64,000 nt of DNA, from contig AP026128.1 of NCBI GenBank assembly GCA_030295235.1, positions 1,054,001-1,118,000 of the forward strand, written 5' to 3'. The DNA comes from Fistulifera solaris (taxonomy: Eukaryota). Below, in pieces: positions 21,513 through 32,833 of the stretch (its first letter is position 1; each line of letters begins with the position of its first letter). The translations under genes were made by a program, and so were the position numbers. The notes below the pieces were generated by a model, which saw only the letters and a program-made list of their open reading frames with translations, did not search any database and was not told the DNA's origin.

Positions 21513-22529
21513 ATGGCTTCAGGTCGACGGGAAGAGATAACGATTACGGAAAGCAGGGCCGAATGGGTGAAACATTTAGTGACAAAAGATGACTCGTTCC
21601 ATGTTCACAAAACACTTGGCATACTTTGCTTGCTTTCCTACGTTATCCGCTTCAGTCGATTTTCCTCCAAAGAATCGGATATGATGTTTGGGGCACACCC
21701 GGAATACACGCTTCCAACGCTTATGCTGCACATGCTACTGAATCTGTCTTCGTTTGAATTCAAAATACCACCCAAACGCATTTCTTCTGGCTACCGAATC
21801 TGGCCAGAATATCGAATTCATTCTTTCGTATTTCTTATGCGATCTTTATCATCAATGGCATTGACGTGGTACGAGACCGTTTACAATCTACCTCCCGACT
21901 TTCGATGGAATTTATTGATTGTGTTGGCGACAATGGCTGCTGCCGACTACGGATCGTCCATCAGTGGCCATCGCTCGGGGTTCGCTCGCGAGTTAGACGT
22001 TCAACCGGCCGTCAGATACTTTTTCTCGATCATGCAGTTCGGGGCCACAACAGTCAGTCTCCATGGGATACGACGGTTTTCCTTGCATTATATTTTTTGC
22101 ATGATCATTCAATGCAACGCATTCCTCATGACAATTCGGCGGAAGAATTTGGCGTCACACACGCTCCTGGTGGGTCTCTATGGAATTATGTTAGCCACGG
22201 GATTTGTTCTGGCCAATATCGAGCTACTACGACATCCCCTGCATCATCTCCTTCTCGTTGCATCATGTAGTGCTCTAGCCATTTCTATACGGTTGAGTCC
22301 GAATGTTGGTCTTTTGCAACCATTGCAGAACAAATACATTCTCTGGAGTGCCGTGTGGTGTTTCCTTCAAATCGTGCGTGGGTTTGAGTCTTCTGTTGGT
22401 GGCAACCAGCTTCTGTTGACAGCACTTGCAGGTTTCTTCGTGGTCACCCATTTATCCATGGCATGGGTGGGAGTGCTTTATTGTCGAAAAACGAGTCGGA
22501 GCATCAATCACAACAAGCGCATAAAGTAA
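21513..22529 (+). CDS. Conserved multi-pass membrane protein of unknown function
   Basis: Long ORF with ~8-9 hydrophobic segments and motifs LVTKDDSFHVHKTLG, IWPEYRIHS and QCNAFLMTIRRKN. Confidence 0.75.
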   Translation: MASGRREEITITESRAEWVKHLVTKDDSFHVHKTLGILCLLSYVIRFSRFSSKESDMMFGAHPEYTLPTLMLHMLLNLSSFEFKIPPKRISSGYRIWPEYRIHSFVFLMRSLSSMALTWYETVYNLPPDFRWNLLIVLATMAAADYGSSISGHRSGFARELDVQPAVRYFFSIMQFGATTVSLHGIRRFSLHYIFCMIIQCNAFLMTIRRKNLASHTLLVGLYGIMLATGFVLANIELLRHPLHHLLLVASCSALAISIRLSPNVGLLQPLQNKYILWSAVWCFLQIVRGFESSVGGNQLLLTALAGFFVVTHLSMAWVGVLYCRKTSRSINHNKRIK

Positions 22530-22806
22530 GCTAACAATTCCAAACTTAAAACCAAGACAAGTAGTTTTCTTTCCTCGAAAGAAAAGAGTAGCCGGCTGCG
22601 CCAAACGCTGGAGCGCTGAGTCAATAAATGACAAACAATGCTCCACATGAGAATATTCTTGGATAAAGCATCCTCACTATCATGTCATCACGTGACTCAA
22701 AATCTGAAATGACATGATTGAGCCGCTCACATACGATATTGTGAAACAGAGTTGCATAGAAGGAATAAAAGAACGATTTTATCTAAGAAGGCTTGACTCT
22801 GCGACA

Positions 22807-25800
22807 CTACATCCCATCATTCTGAGTAAACCAGTCCATCTTAGAAGCTGCTTTGGCCTCCTCTTCAGTAAATTGCATTGGATCAAGAAAGGTGTCATGT
22901 TCCTCTATTTCCCCAAAGGTAACATGGCCTTGACTTTTCTCTTCCTGTCCCAAATGATCCATGTATTGCGTCAGCGGCTGGTCCTGTGTCAAGTAAAATT
23001 CAAACATGCGCTCATCATGATCTGCTTCGGATGTCGGATGATCGGACGGGTAAGCTGTACACTCGGACTGTTGCTGCTTCTCTGTCTCGGACACCATAGC
23101 AAGCGGGCCGTCAATTTCAGAGCGTGGCTCTTCTTGTTCTACTTCAGCATGCAAGTCATCGACTACAGCAGGTTCATCTTGTTCTGCGTCCGCAAATACT
23201 TCAGCTTGCGAGTCATCGATATCAGCTGCTTCTTTTTGCTCTACGTTCACCGATTTCTCAGCCTGCGATAATTCTTCTGCCTCTACGGTTCCAGATACCT
23301 CAGAATGAAGGTCTTCACTTCCAGGACGCGCCACTTCTTTTTCTTCTTTCGAAGAAAACTCGCTTTGCGAGCCATTGACTTCAAGAGCCTCGTCTTGTTC
23401 TACGTCTGTCGACATTGAAACGTCCTTGCACAAGGTTTGCGATGGTTTTTCCACTTGTTCGTGTGACGCACTTCCGTCGTTGAGTTCGATGTGCTCTGAA
23501 TTTGACTCACTTTGCTGCTCGATCTGCATCTCTGCTACATCTACTTGTGAGTCGTCATTCACAAAACAGGCTTTCTTCGCTTTCTTTCCTGGAGAAAGGA
23601 TCAATGCATGAATTCCAATGTTTTGCAAGCTTTCGCGGCGTCTTTTGGTCCGCCCTCCCTGCTTTGAAGGCGTCTTGAAGGCTGGAATTTGCTCATCGAC
23701 ACGAGCCATGGTGAGCAGAATGTCAACCCAGTCGGATAAATCTACATCAAATTTTTTATATGAATGGACTCCAATTTCCTCTGCCCCGTTTATACTCCAC
23801 ACAGCATGCGAGCGGCAATACTCGAAGAGCTGCGTCAAGGTGAAGCTTCGTCGCGTGAGCCGGTTCCTGTCCGCTCCTGGAAGGTAGTAGTCTCCGTCTA
23901 AGCATCCAAAACCCAAAGTTTGCAATACCTTTACAACCTTTTGTCCGTCAACACCTTGGCTTTAGGAAGACGGGACATGAAAGCCTTGTGATCGAGGTTG
24001 ATGTAGCAGCACCAGCGATGTAGCATCTGTAATTCAGCCTTATCAAGCTCGCATTTCTTGTTCTCAAAATCGACAATGTAGTTCTGGATCATGTAACGCC
24101 GCACCTCCTCAAGAGTGAACTGCATTCCACTTATGGCTGGGTGGACGATAATGTGACTGCCTTGATCCTGGAAACCGAGCTTCTTCAAGATTCCGTGAAC
24201 CATTGCATCAATCACTCCTCCTACGTATTCTTGGTGCCAAGCTAGGGGAGAACTCTTCGGCTTGTCAGCACTCGGCTGCTTGCGCTCCTTTGCTTTTTGG
24301 ACAGGCGAGCATTCAACATCTGTCGATGATTTCTGGGTAGGAGGAGCTTTGCCTTGGTTCCCAATCATTACCGACAGCTTGATCGTCGGATCCACTAATG
24401 CATTTAAGAAATTCATGTCAAGTTTGCGCATTGATTGATTGGGGAGCGGCGCAGTGTTGGAAGCGGCCCAAAGACGAAGTTTAGTGTAACGCTGGTGGTC
24501 AGGAGAGTAGGCTTTGATCTTGGAGACGAACGCAAGATGGTGGAGTGAAACCCGCGTTCCATCCTTATTGTTTTCCACGGGTTCAAGGATAGCGGCATAG
24601 TCGAGCGCCCATCCCAAAAATGCTCTGAAATCGGTCTGCAAGCGTTCTTCTCGAAAATAATGAAGGCCATGTATACGTCCATTGCGAATAACATTCGGGA
24701 TGAAGAATTCACCGGCAATTTCCTCGAATCCGAACTCTCTCAGCATACTGACAATCTCGTCGGACGAAAGATGTTCATGTTTCTGCAGTTGAGCCCGTGT
24801 CACCATGGAAACGTTTGCCAAGCGAACCCAAGTAGTGACCTTTTCTAGCTCTGCGGCTTTCAATTTGTGGACGTTCGGGATACCGTATCTCGCCAAGAAC
24901 ACAGGTAGTCCGACCAGTGAAAACTGGGAGGAAAGGCTTTCGGTAATCTTGAAACTCATAGTGTTTTCGTCGATTGGTTGAAACCCGACTTTTTGTAGCA
25001 ATGCGATTACCTCGGTGGGGGACGGAACAGACAAACTGGATGTGCCCTTCTTTTTCTGCGTTTGGCCAGTCGCTGGAACATTTTTATCACTTTTGCCATT
25101 CTTGCGATCTTTCAAAGTGCTCGTGTCTCGCTTTTTCCGATGCGACGAACTGGGCGTCTTCTTAGTGGCTTTCGTTTTGCGCGGTTCAGGAGAATAAGGA
25201 TCTTCGTCAGAGGCTTCATCCTCTAAATCAAGTCGACGAGGCCGTGCGTTGGAGATGGATGGCCGCGAATAATAGCTTCGATTGTCTTCGACTTCAGCGA
25301 TATAAGCGTCCAAAGCGTCGTGTAGACTCGTAAAGTAGTCTTTACCAAGAGTTCCTTCGCCCTTCTTCGCCCCAGGTCGCAAATAGAGATAATTTTGAAG
25401 GGCATTCCCTTTGACGATCTTCCATCCTTCGCGTTCCAACGTAGAAGCGTTCACTCTGACATCCGAGACGTCGGATGACTCGGGCAAGGGCTGACCGGGG
25501 TCCATCGGCTTCGTACGACCATCGGGAGTTGTCACAGCATCATTCTTGGCTTCTTCACTGGGATTCCAGCCGTACGTTTCACGCAAGTATTCTTCCAATT
25601 CGTGGCGCTGAAAGCTTCGTTTGCCCAAGTAGCTCGGCTGACTGTATACCATATCCATGTCTCTGTTGCGATGCAGGTACCAGCCCTCATCCTCCAACTT
25701 GTCCCAAGCGACTTCGAAAGAGGCATCGAGGTCAAAAGGTGCGGTCTCGTAACCTGTATCCATGGGCATGGGTCCGTCGTCCGGTGTCGCTTCTTCCGTG

Positions 25801-26510
25801 GACGAGTTGACCGGATCACTGTTCTGCGTCGGCTTCGAGTTGATGGGCGTCTCTGAACGTGTCTCTCGAGCTGCGTTATTCGCTGATGAGTTGACAGGAG
25901 CCTGATCGTTTGGAAGAGCCGCATCGGGGGTCTCCGGGGTATTCTTCGTGTCTTCGGCACTTTCGGAGGGCGGCTGCTGTGTCGTCATCGCCAGACGGCT
26001 CACTTCTGAATCTATCGGACTCGCCTGTGCTGCTGCCGATGATTTCTGAATCGTTTCTGGGCTTACATGCGGTGCTCCTCTCACCTTTGTGGGGCTGTCG
26101 TCGATCCGATATTCCTTTGAAGCCAGCTTTTGCAAAACGACGCCCCGGAGCGTTTTGTTTAAAGCGCTCTGAAACTCCGCGGGTGTGATCTTGTAAAAAT
26201 CTTTGACATTTATCACCGTCAGTGGCTCAATGTTCTCCGTATTATCGACGGGAAACCACCAACTCTTTCCCGGTGGCTTGTTCGGATGGGCGAGGACACA
26301 AACGACCGGTTTGACGGGGTACGTCGGGTCGCATTCGAGAAGGTACTGCTGAAGAATCTCGCCATGAAAATCCGACTTGTAGTTCTCCTGCGTCATGTAT
26401 TCTTGCGCAATCTGGTGCGAGGGATAGTGAATGGCCGGCCACCACATGTTCTCTTCCTGCAGCTTGTACATGACAATCGTTCCCGGATGCTTCTGCGAGC
26501 TTTGCGTCAT
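22807..26510 (-). CDS. Large putative nuclear/chromatin protein with N-terminal PWWP-like motif and acidic C-terminus
   Basis: ORFs 23931-26555 and 22807-23925 join through a single missing base near 23940. Contains WWPAIHYP, two W..LE..GW units, YLRPG...G.LGKDYF, repeated L.K.GF units and basic NLS-like stretches. Confidence 0.7.
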
Positions 26511-27269
26511 GTTGATGACCTTGTTATTGCCGCCGTAGCAAGTGAAAGTAGACACGTCGTGAATTTAGAAGATAGAAGACACAAAGCACGAAGAAAAGGA
26601 AGCAAGATCAGAAGGAATGCTCTTCAACAATGATGAAAGTCCTTCGATCAAGTGTGTCAATGAAACAATGAAAAAGTTCGTTGATGCACAGTTGCACTGA
26701 GAAACCGACTTCGGATTTAAACTTACCGTTGTACTTTTGACGCTAGAGTACGTAGATGCTAAGAACCGGCGGACGCGCAGAGGGGAGTTTTTGAAAGGTT
26801 TATTTAGTCTTGTGCGCGCCGGTCGGGTCAGAACGGAGTAGTTTGAAACCTTGTTTCGAACGGAAAGCAAGATTGCGCTCTTTTGAATAGAGTTGAGGTT
26901 TTTGGTGGGGCCAAAAAGGACACAAGTCACAAAGGACGAAAGAGACATTAATGACTATATTTGTTTCTGTAGAACGTATCTTTACACTATAATTGTACAT
27001 TGCGACGTTCCATGGAAACATGGAAACGAAATGGACATTATAACCGACTTACACAGTATAGATTATAGTAGTTTTATAAGTCAGAAGGGCCGAACACCGA
27101 ACATGTTACATCATCCGCGTGTGCGGTGTGCGGTGCGTGCGCTTGCTGCTTTTGCATGGAGGCTGGGACGAGAGCGAGGAGTTTTTCCGATGGCCGATTG
27201 CCTGATGTTATGTTGCTAATGTTGATGAAAGGCATGGATTCGAAATAATCATCATCATCGTTACTTACC

Positions 27270-28554
27270 ATGGTACACCCTCTCATGGGACCAAAATCAT
27301 TAATACAAGAGAATGGCGACGGCGTGAAGAAAAAATCAGAGGGACACATGAAACGCTCCGTTAGTGCCACCACGCAACCATCCACAAGTCGGGAAGACAG
27401 TGCTTCCACCTTGCAACAATTATCAGAAGACTTAGCACGCAAATTAGTAATACGGACAGAAGAAAGAGTATCGCAAGTATTAAACAAGTCGGCTCTTCGA
27501 AAACGAAGCCGATTACGTGAAATCGAGACGTTTACGATAGATGACTTGACTGTTGGCGAATTTATTGCGAGCGGAGGATTTTCCGACGTCTTCGCAATCC
27601 GCTCATTCAACAAAAAGACGGAACTCACATCGGAGGCTAAGAAGGACAGACAATATGTGCTCAAGCATCTCAACCCGGGTCTCGTCGCAGATCGGCGAAA
27701 ATTAGCGGTGGGGGCAAAGGATTTGGCTTTGGAAGCTCATTTCCTCTCTTCACTGGATCACAAACATATCATCGGATTACGGGGTTGGCCCAAAGCTGGA
27801 CTTTCTAGTTTTATCGAGAGTGGGAGAATAGAAGGCTTTTTTCTTGTCTTAGACCGATTAAATGAAACACTCACAAATCGCATCGGAGCATGGCATCGAG
27901 AAGCGAAAGAACAAAGAGCCAACGGTAGCATTCCATCTTCGACGCGAAGAAAATTCTTTGCTCAGCGGCTCAAAGCAGCCATTCAAGTGGCATCCGCGCT
28001 AGAATACCTTCACGAAAATCGCATCGTCTTTCGAGACTTAAAACCGTAAGTTCATTCCAGTCGGTAATTTCATTGCTCATCGGTGCTTGTTTTTTCTTAC
28101 CCTATTGATCGCAGCGGGAACGTCGGATTCAACCAGAATAACACATTAAAACTATTTGACTTTGGATTGGCTGTCGAACTCCCGGAAGACAGTGGCCTAG
28201 ACTCCACCCACATTTTGCCTGGAAAGACAGGAACTCCCCGCTATATGTCGGTAGAGGTGATAGAAGCAAAGCCGTACAACGTCAAAGCCGACGTCTTTTC
28301 CTTCTCGGTGTTACTATGGGAAATGATTGCCTTGCAAAAAACCTTACAAAGGCCTCCCCGGTGAAGTCGTTATGCAACAAGTGGTTAACAATGCGAGACC
28401 GCAGATTCCCAAGGAATGGCCAACGGAGCTTCGCGAACTACTCAAATTGGGCTGGGCGGCTTCCATTGAGACTAGACCGCACATGAAAGTTTTACGACAA
28501 GAGCTGATGAGGATGCGAATCAAATGCTTGTCAGAGGTGTCGCAATCGAAGTAA
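27270..28554 (+). CDS. Protein kinase (TKL-like, diatom-expanded type), paralog of the 8225-9391 gene
   Basis: SGGFSDVF, YVLKHL, DLALEAHFLSSLDH, FRDLKP, intron 28046-28114, GNVGF, KLFDFGLA, GTPRYMSVE and KADVFSF; extra A near 28340. Confidence 0.88.
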
Positions 28555-28680
28555 CGGCGAAACTACCTAAGAAACGCTGGTCAACTGCAAAAATGAATTC
28601 GAATAATTGAGCATTGATGAGCTACTCCATCGTTTGCGCTTGGATCTATACCTCATCTATCTATACAGCAGTATACTTGT

Positions 28681-30261
28681 CTAGTAAGTTTTAGCAAATA
28701 CTTCAGCATCCATGAGAGATAGTTCATGCCGCATCAGATCCACGAGAAGTCGTTCATCGTATTCTTCCCGGATAGTATCGCGCGGCAACCAATGAACTCG
28801 GAGGTGACTCATGGCATTGAACAAGTCCCAGTCCAACATGGCTGGTTTATACGTCATTTTATTATTTTTCACTCCCCCACGCTCACTGTAGTATAGGAAC
28901 ACGCTTGTTCCAGCCGGAAGAAACATGGCTGTCACAGCTCCGCCCCCACACAGAGTGACAAAAATGGAAGCATCGTGCGCGATCGCCAGTTGTTCCTGGA
29001 GCGAGTGATTTCGAAATACGTAGCCTTCTACTTGTGCTGCGGGTAAAAACTCTCTCGTAATCTGAATCTGTCGTTCAAAGTCCAAATTTCGATTATAAAT
29101 GTCCGACGACTTCTGGGAAAAGACAATTCGATGGCGTATGTAGCCGTCTGCATCGACGCGGTGGTGCAACAAAAGCTCTTTTCCAATAAATCCCATGTTG
29201 TGCATCATAAAGTTTCGGAATGCGTACAATGAACCTCCTCTGCCGTGGTTGTGTGTAATTAGATAGTCCTCTTCTTCCCATCCGTGCATTTTGTTGATGC
29301 CGTGATCGGTGAGCGATGCAATGCCGGCCACACCGGTACGGGCACAGACAATATCGGGGCCATTGGCGTTGTGCTTGTGAAAGCTGAAATCTTGCGTCGT
29401 TGTGAATTGGTACGGGTAATGTTTCCCTACCAGTAAGCCAAGGAATTTGTTCATCATCTTCCGACACAATTCAGTCTTTTCTGGCCGTAAGTCACACGAA
29501 GCCCACAATCCTTTTCCACCCTTGAGAACGTAACGCATTGGGAACAAAAACGTATTGCTGAAGCCTGGGGCATCTAAATCAAGCGGCGGTAATAGCTGAA
29601 ACATATCCAACAACGTGTATATGGGAAAGAAATCATCCCATACCAAGTGTCCCGGATTCGCTCCATTCATCGAATGAAAAGGTATCCATATGATCCACTC
29701 CGGGAGTGCGTAATATGAATCAATCGAATTCGAGTCTTGTATACTGGGAAACCATTTGAGTCGCCCTATGCCATTTTCTTTGTCTCCCCATTTGAGATTG
29801 GTACCCCCGAGTGACAAGGATTGCAGCGTCATATTGTTGCGACGCAGGGCGCTGGAAATATGCAGAAATTCTCGTTGTCGCAAATACTGAGCGAGTCGCT
29901 GCTCTCGTGGTGAATCAAACAAAGCGAACTCTTGGGACGTCGTGTTGAAACACAAATTATGAAATCGACAGGACCGTTGTTTCCAAGCATTTGGTTGATA
30001 ATTTTCTCCGACGCAATGAACGTGTGATGTGGGCGATCCTTTTTCTAAGTAAATGGGGACTTTGTTGAAAAATCCATCCGCTTTTCGATTGGGTAATTTG
30101 AATTGCGCAGACGATGAAGAAGAAAATGATGTGTAATCAGGAAGGGTCAATTGATTGGATTGATTGACGACGACGGAAAGGAAAAATGGGAAAACAATAA
30201 ATTGAGCGACGACCACAAGAGTAAGAACTCCAACGAGTGTTACGACTCTCGTCTTTCGCAT
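28681..30261 (-). CDS. Type II membrane glycosyltransferase, GT61/DUF563-like
   Basis: N-terminal TM anchor, RSCRFHNLC, NPGHLVWDDFFPIY and SLQEQLAIAHDASIFVTLCGGGAVTAMFLP. The start may extend to 30354. Confidence 0.7.
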   Translation of the reverse strand: MRKTRVVTLVGVLTLVVVAQFIVFPFFLSVVVNQSNQLTLPDYTSFSSSSSAQFKLPNRKADGFFNKVPIYLEKGSPTSHVHCVGENYQPNAWKQRSCRFHNLCFNTTSQEFALFDSPREQRLAQYLRQREFLHISSALRRNNMTLQSLSLGGTNLKWGDKENGIGRLKWFPSIQDSNSIDSYYALPEWIIWIPFHSMNGANPGHLVWDDFFPIYTLLDMFQLLPPLDLDAPGFSNTFLFPMRYVLKGGKGLWASCDLRPEKTELCRKMMNKFLGLLVGKHYPYQFTTTQDFSFHKHNANGPDIVCARTGVAGIASLTDHGINKMHGWEEEDYLITHNHGRGGSLYAFRNFMMHNMGFIGKELLLHHRVDADGYIRHRIVFSQKSSDIYNRNLDFERQIQITREFLPAAQVEGYVFRNHSLQEQLAIAHDASIFVTLCGGGAVTAMFLPAGTSVFLYYSERGGVKNNKMTYKPAMLDWDLFNAMSHLRVHWLPRDTIREEYDERLLVDLMRHELSLMDAEVFAKTY

Positions 30262-30773
30262 CGGAGCGCGACGCTGTTTAGAGGAAAGAACGTCTATGAA
30301 ATGAGAGAAGGTGCGAATTGTTAGAGAAAGAACACAACAGCAAACGGACATCATGGAGAAAGAACTGACCTCTTGACGGAAATCCTGGTTGTTGAGGCGG
30401 TTGAAGTGACATCTTGCCTTACACCGTATCGTCTGACCTTATCTTGAATAGTTGGTTGGTGTCCGGTATGAAAAGGATGTAATTAACATGACTTAGAAGT
30501 GCAGTGTCGTTCTCTTGTTGCCTTCAAATTCATTTTGTGAATGTACTTTAGTGACCAAAACCAGTCATGCATGCTCCATTTCACTTTTTGAGTCACGAGT
30601 CTCAGGGAGGAAAAAGTCTGTCCGATGGATGTCGTTGCGCCATCAAAATTGAGTGACGCATGTCATCGAGTAAACAGAAAATCTGGGAGTGACGCCAAGA
30701 AAGATCGCAGGTCGCAGTCGCAAAGAAAAAAAATGTGTCTTTCTCGCAAAATCAAAATTGCTCAACTCATATA

Positions 30774-31505
30774 ATGAACATGAGGAGCCTCCGCTACTTA
30801 TTGTGCTGTTGTATGCTGTGTGGAGTCACGCAAGCGTTCCTGGTGCAGTCGCCTTCCCGCTCCATGTCATGGCGTCGGTCGGCATCGAAAGACGAAGAAG
30901 CTTCACAATTACAGCCTCCCAGCGACAATGAACAAGACAACAAGTTTGGCTTCTTTCAAAGAATCGAATCAGTCAAATGCTTGGTAGTGGGTGCTGTCAC
31001 CGGATCGATCGCTTTGGCTCCTTTTGCCCTATTGCATGATTTGTTGTTGGTTCCGTCAATGATCGATAGCAGTGGATTGGCACAATTTGAGTTCGATACG
31101 GATGCGGCGGCTGTGCAGAGCGGACTATTTGCTATTGTTTATCGCTATTGTATCCGCACGGATACGAATTCGCAACTGCAAGATGGCGTAGTGGGAGCCT
31201 TTGCTATCACGAGAACTTTGAGTCGGATTGTACTTCCTTCCTCTTGTAGTGCCATACCGCTATATTGTAAGTTTAGTCGCAGCAGTGGTCACTGTGTTCA
31301 AAGCTGTTTATTCTGAAATCATAACGTCGCTCATTTTTTCTCTAAATTTGAACACCCGCAAGGTGGGCCGCCATTGGGATACTTGGACTGGGGTGTACTA
31401 GGGCAGTTGGCGGTAAATGGTGTAGAGTCCATGGCAATGTTCATGGCTACATCATCAGCGCTTAACTATTGTATGGAGCGAAGGATCATAAGCAAGTTCG
31501 ACTGA
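30774..31505 (+). CDS. Plastid-targeted conserved membrane protein of cyanobacterial/plant type, unknown function
   Basis: Signal peptide with TQA|FLV motif; RIESVK, SGLFAIVYRYCIR.D.N.QL..GVVGAFAITR; intron 31267-31362. Confidence 0.75.
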
Positions 31506-31827
31506 AGCAAAGAACAAATAATAGAAGCAGCTGCTGAATCATGAGTCGAGACTCTCGACGATTTATGGTCGAGAAAACAGGTTCCGCACAAAAAAAGAAT
31601 GAGTTTAATAGATATAAATGGCAAATGGGCTCTTTATCATGTGCGATGCTCGAGCAAAATGGAATATTCCGTACTACTGATCTTTAGAAACTCTTCGATA
31701 GTAAAAGCCCGCAATTGCTTGTCTTTGCCCCAAGTAGACAAACGACATAACGAATTGATAAAAGCCAAATGAAAAGCGTAACACAGCTCGGTAATCTTTA
31801 TTAAGGCAAAATAGACTAAGAAAACAT

Positions 31828-32178
31828 TTAGTAGTCACCACCACCGCCGCCGCCACCGAACACATCCATACCGCCACCCATGTCCATTTCTTCTTCCACT
31901 TCCTCGACAGCAGGTGCAGCGTCGCCCGCGGCATCACCTCCAGCAGCGGCACCACCGCCTCCACCGCCGCCGCCACCACCTCCAAAGGTAGCCAGCATTT
32001 CCTTGCCAGTGGCAAGAATTTCGTTCAGGTCCTTGCCTTCCAGTTCTCCCATCAATTTGCTGAGAGAAGCACTGTCGACTTCGACTCCGACGGAACCGAG
32101 CGCCTTAGTGATATCATCAGCCGATGGAGAGTCATTTCCACCGAGCTTGAGAAGAAGGTAAGCAGCCAAATGTCTCAT
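31828..32178 (-). CDS. RPLP2: 60S acidic ribosomal protein P2
   Basis: MRHLAAYLLLKLGGN.SPSA.DI..AL.SVG, ELEGKDL.E.LA.G, Gly/Ala hinge and acidic tail. Confidence 0.95.
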   Translation of the reverse strand: MRHLAAYLLLKLGGNDSPSADDITKALGSVGVEVDSASLSKLMGELEGKDLNEILATGKEMLATFGGGGGGGGGGGAAAGGDAAGDAAPAVEEVEEEMDMGGGMDVFGGGGGGGDY

Positions 32179-32833
32179 GTTTCTTTAGTAGATGTTGTTT
32201 TGATTCTGTTTTACGGAAAAGAAAAATAGGATGAGATAATAATGTACTTTGAGCGCTTCGCAGTACAACGAACCAGAATGCGATCCACCAGTTGATTTCT
32301 ACGACAATATTATGCCTTCGCATAGACTTACAAGTCGATAGTTTGACACTTTGCAAGCAGTTTAAGCGATGAAAGCGGCCAGCAAGAGTTGTGTCTGCCA
32401 TGGTTGCTTGTCGCGCAACAGTCCGTCCTTCCCTTCGACCGTCGGTGAGCGTTTTCCAAGTAGAGCGGTAATTGGTAATTGGTAAGCGGTGTTTCTGTCC
32501 GTCTGTCCGAAGGGTCGAAGAAGGCAAGTAAACGGTACCACTGTGACTTTTCACTGGCTAAGTATCTTGGCGGCGGCGACTTTCTTGACGCTTCTGCTTT
32601 TTGACGACAACAACAAAAGTTTTTCGAAGCACCAGCACCATCATTCGATCGACTTCTATTCCAACGTATCATCAACTAACACCCTTCTTGGACGCTTGGC
32701 GGCAAAGTCTACTGTCGATTGTCTACTTTGAGCAGCCTGACGTCATTTCATCGGTCCTTGGCAAATTTTCTACGGATTGCGGCGCCCATGTCATCGCGTT
32801 CTTGATGCCATTCATACTTGATTTTCCTTCAGA

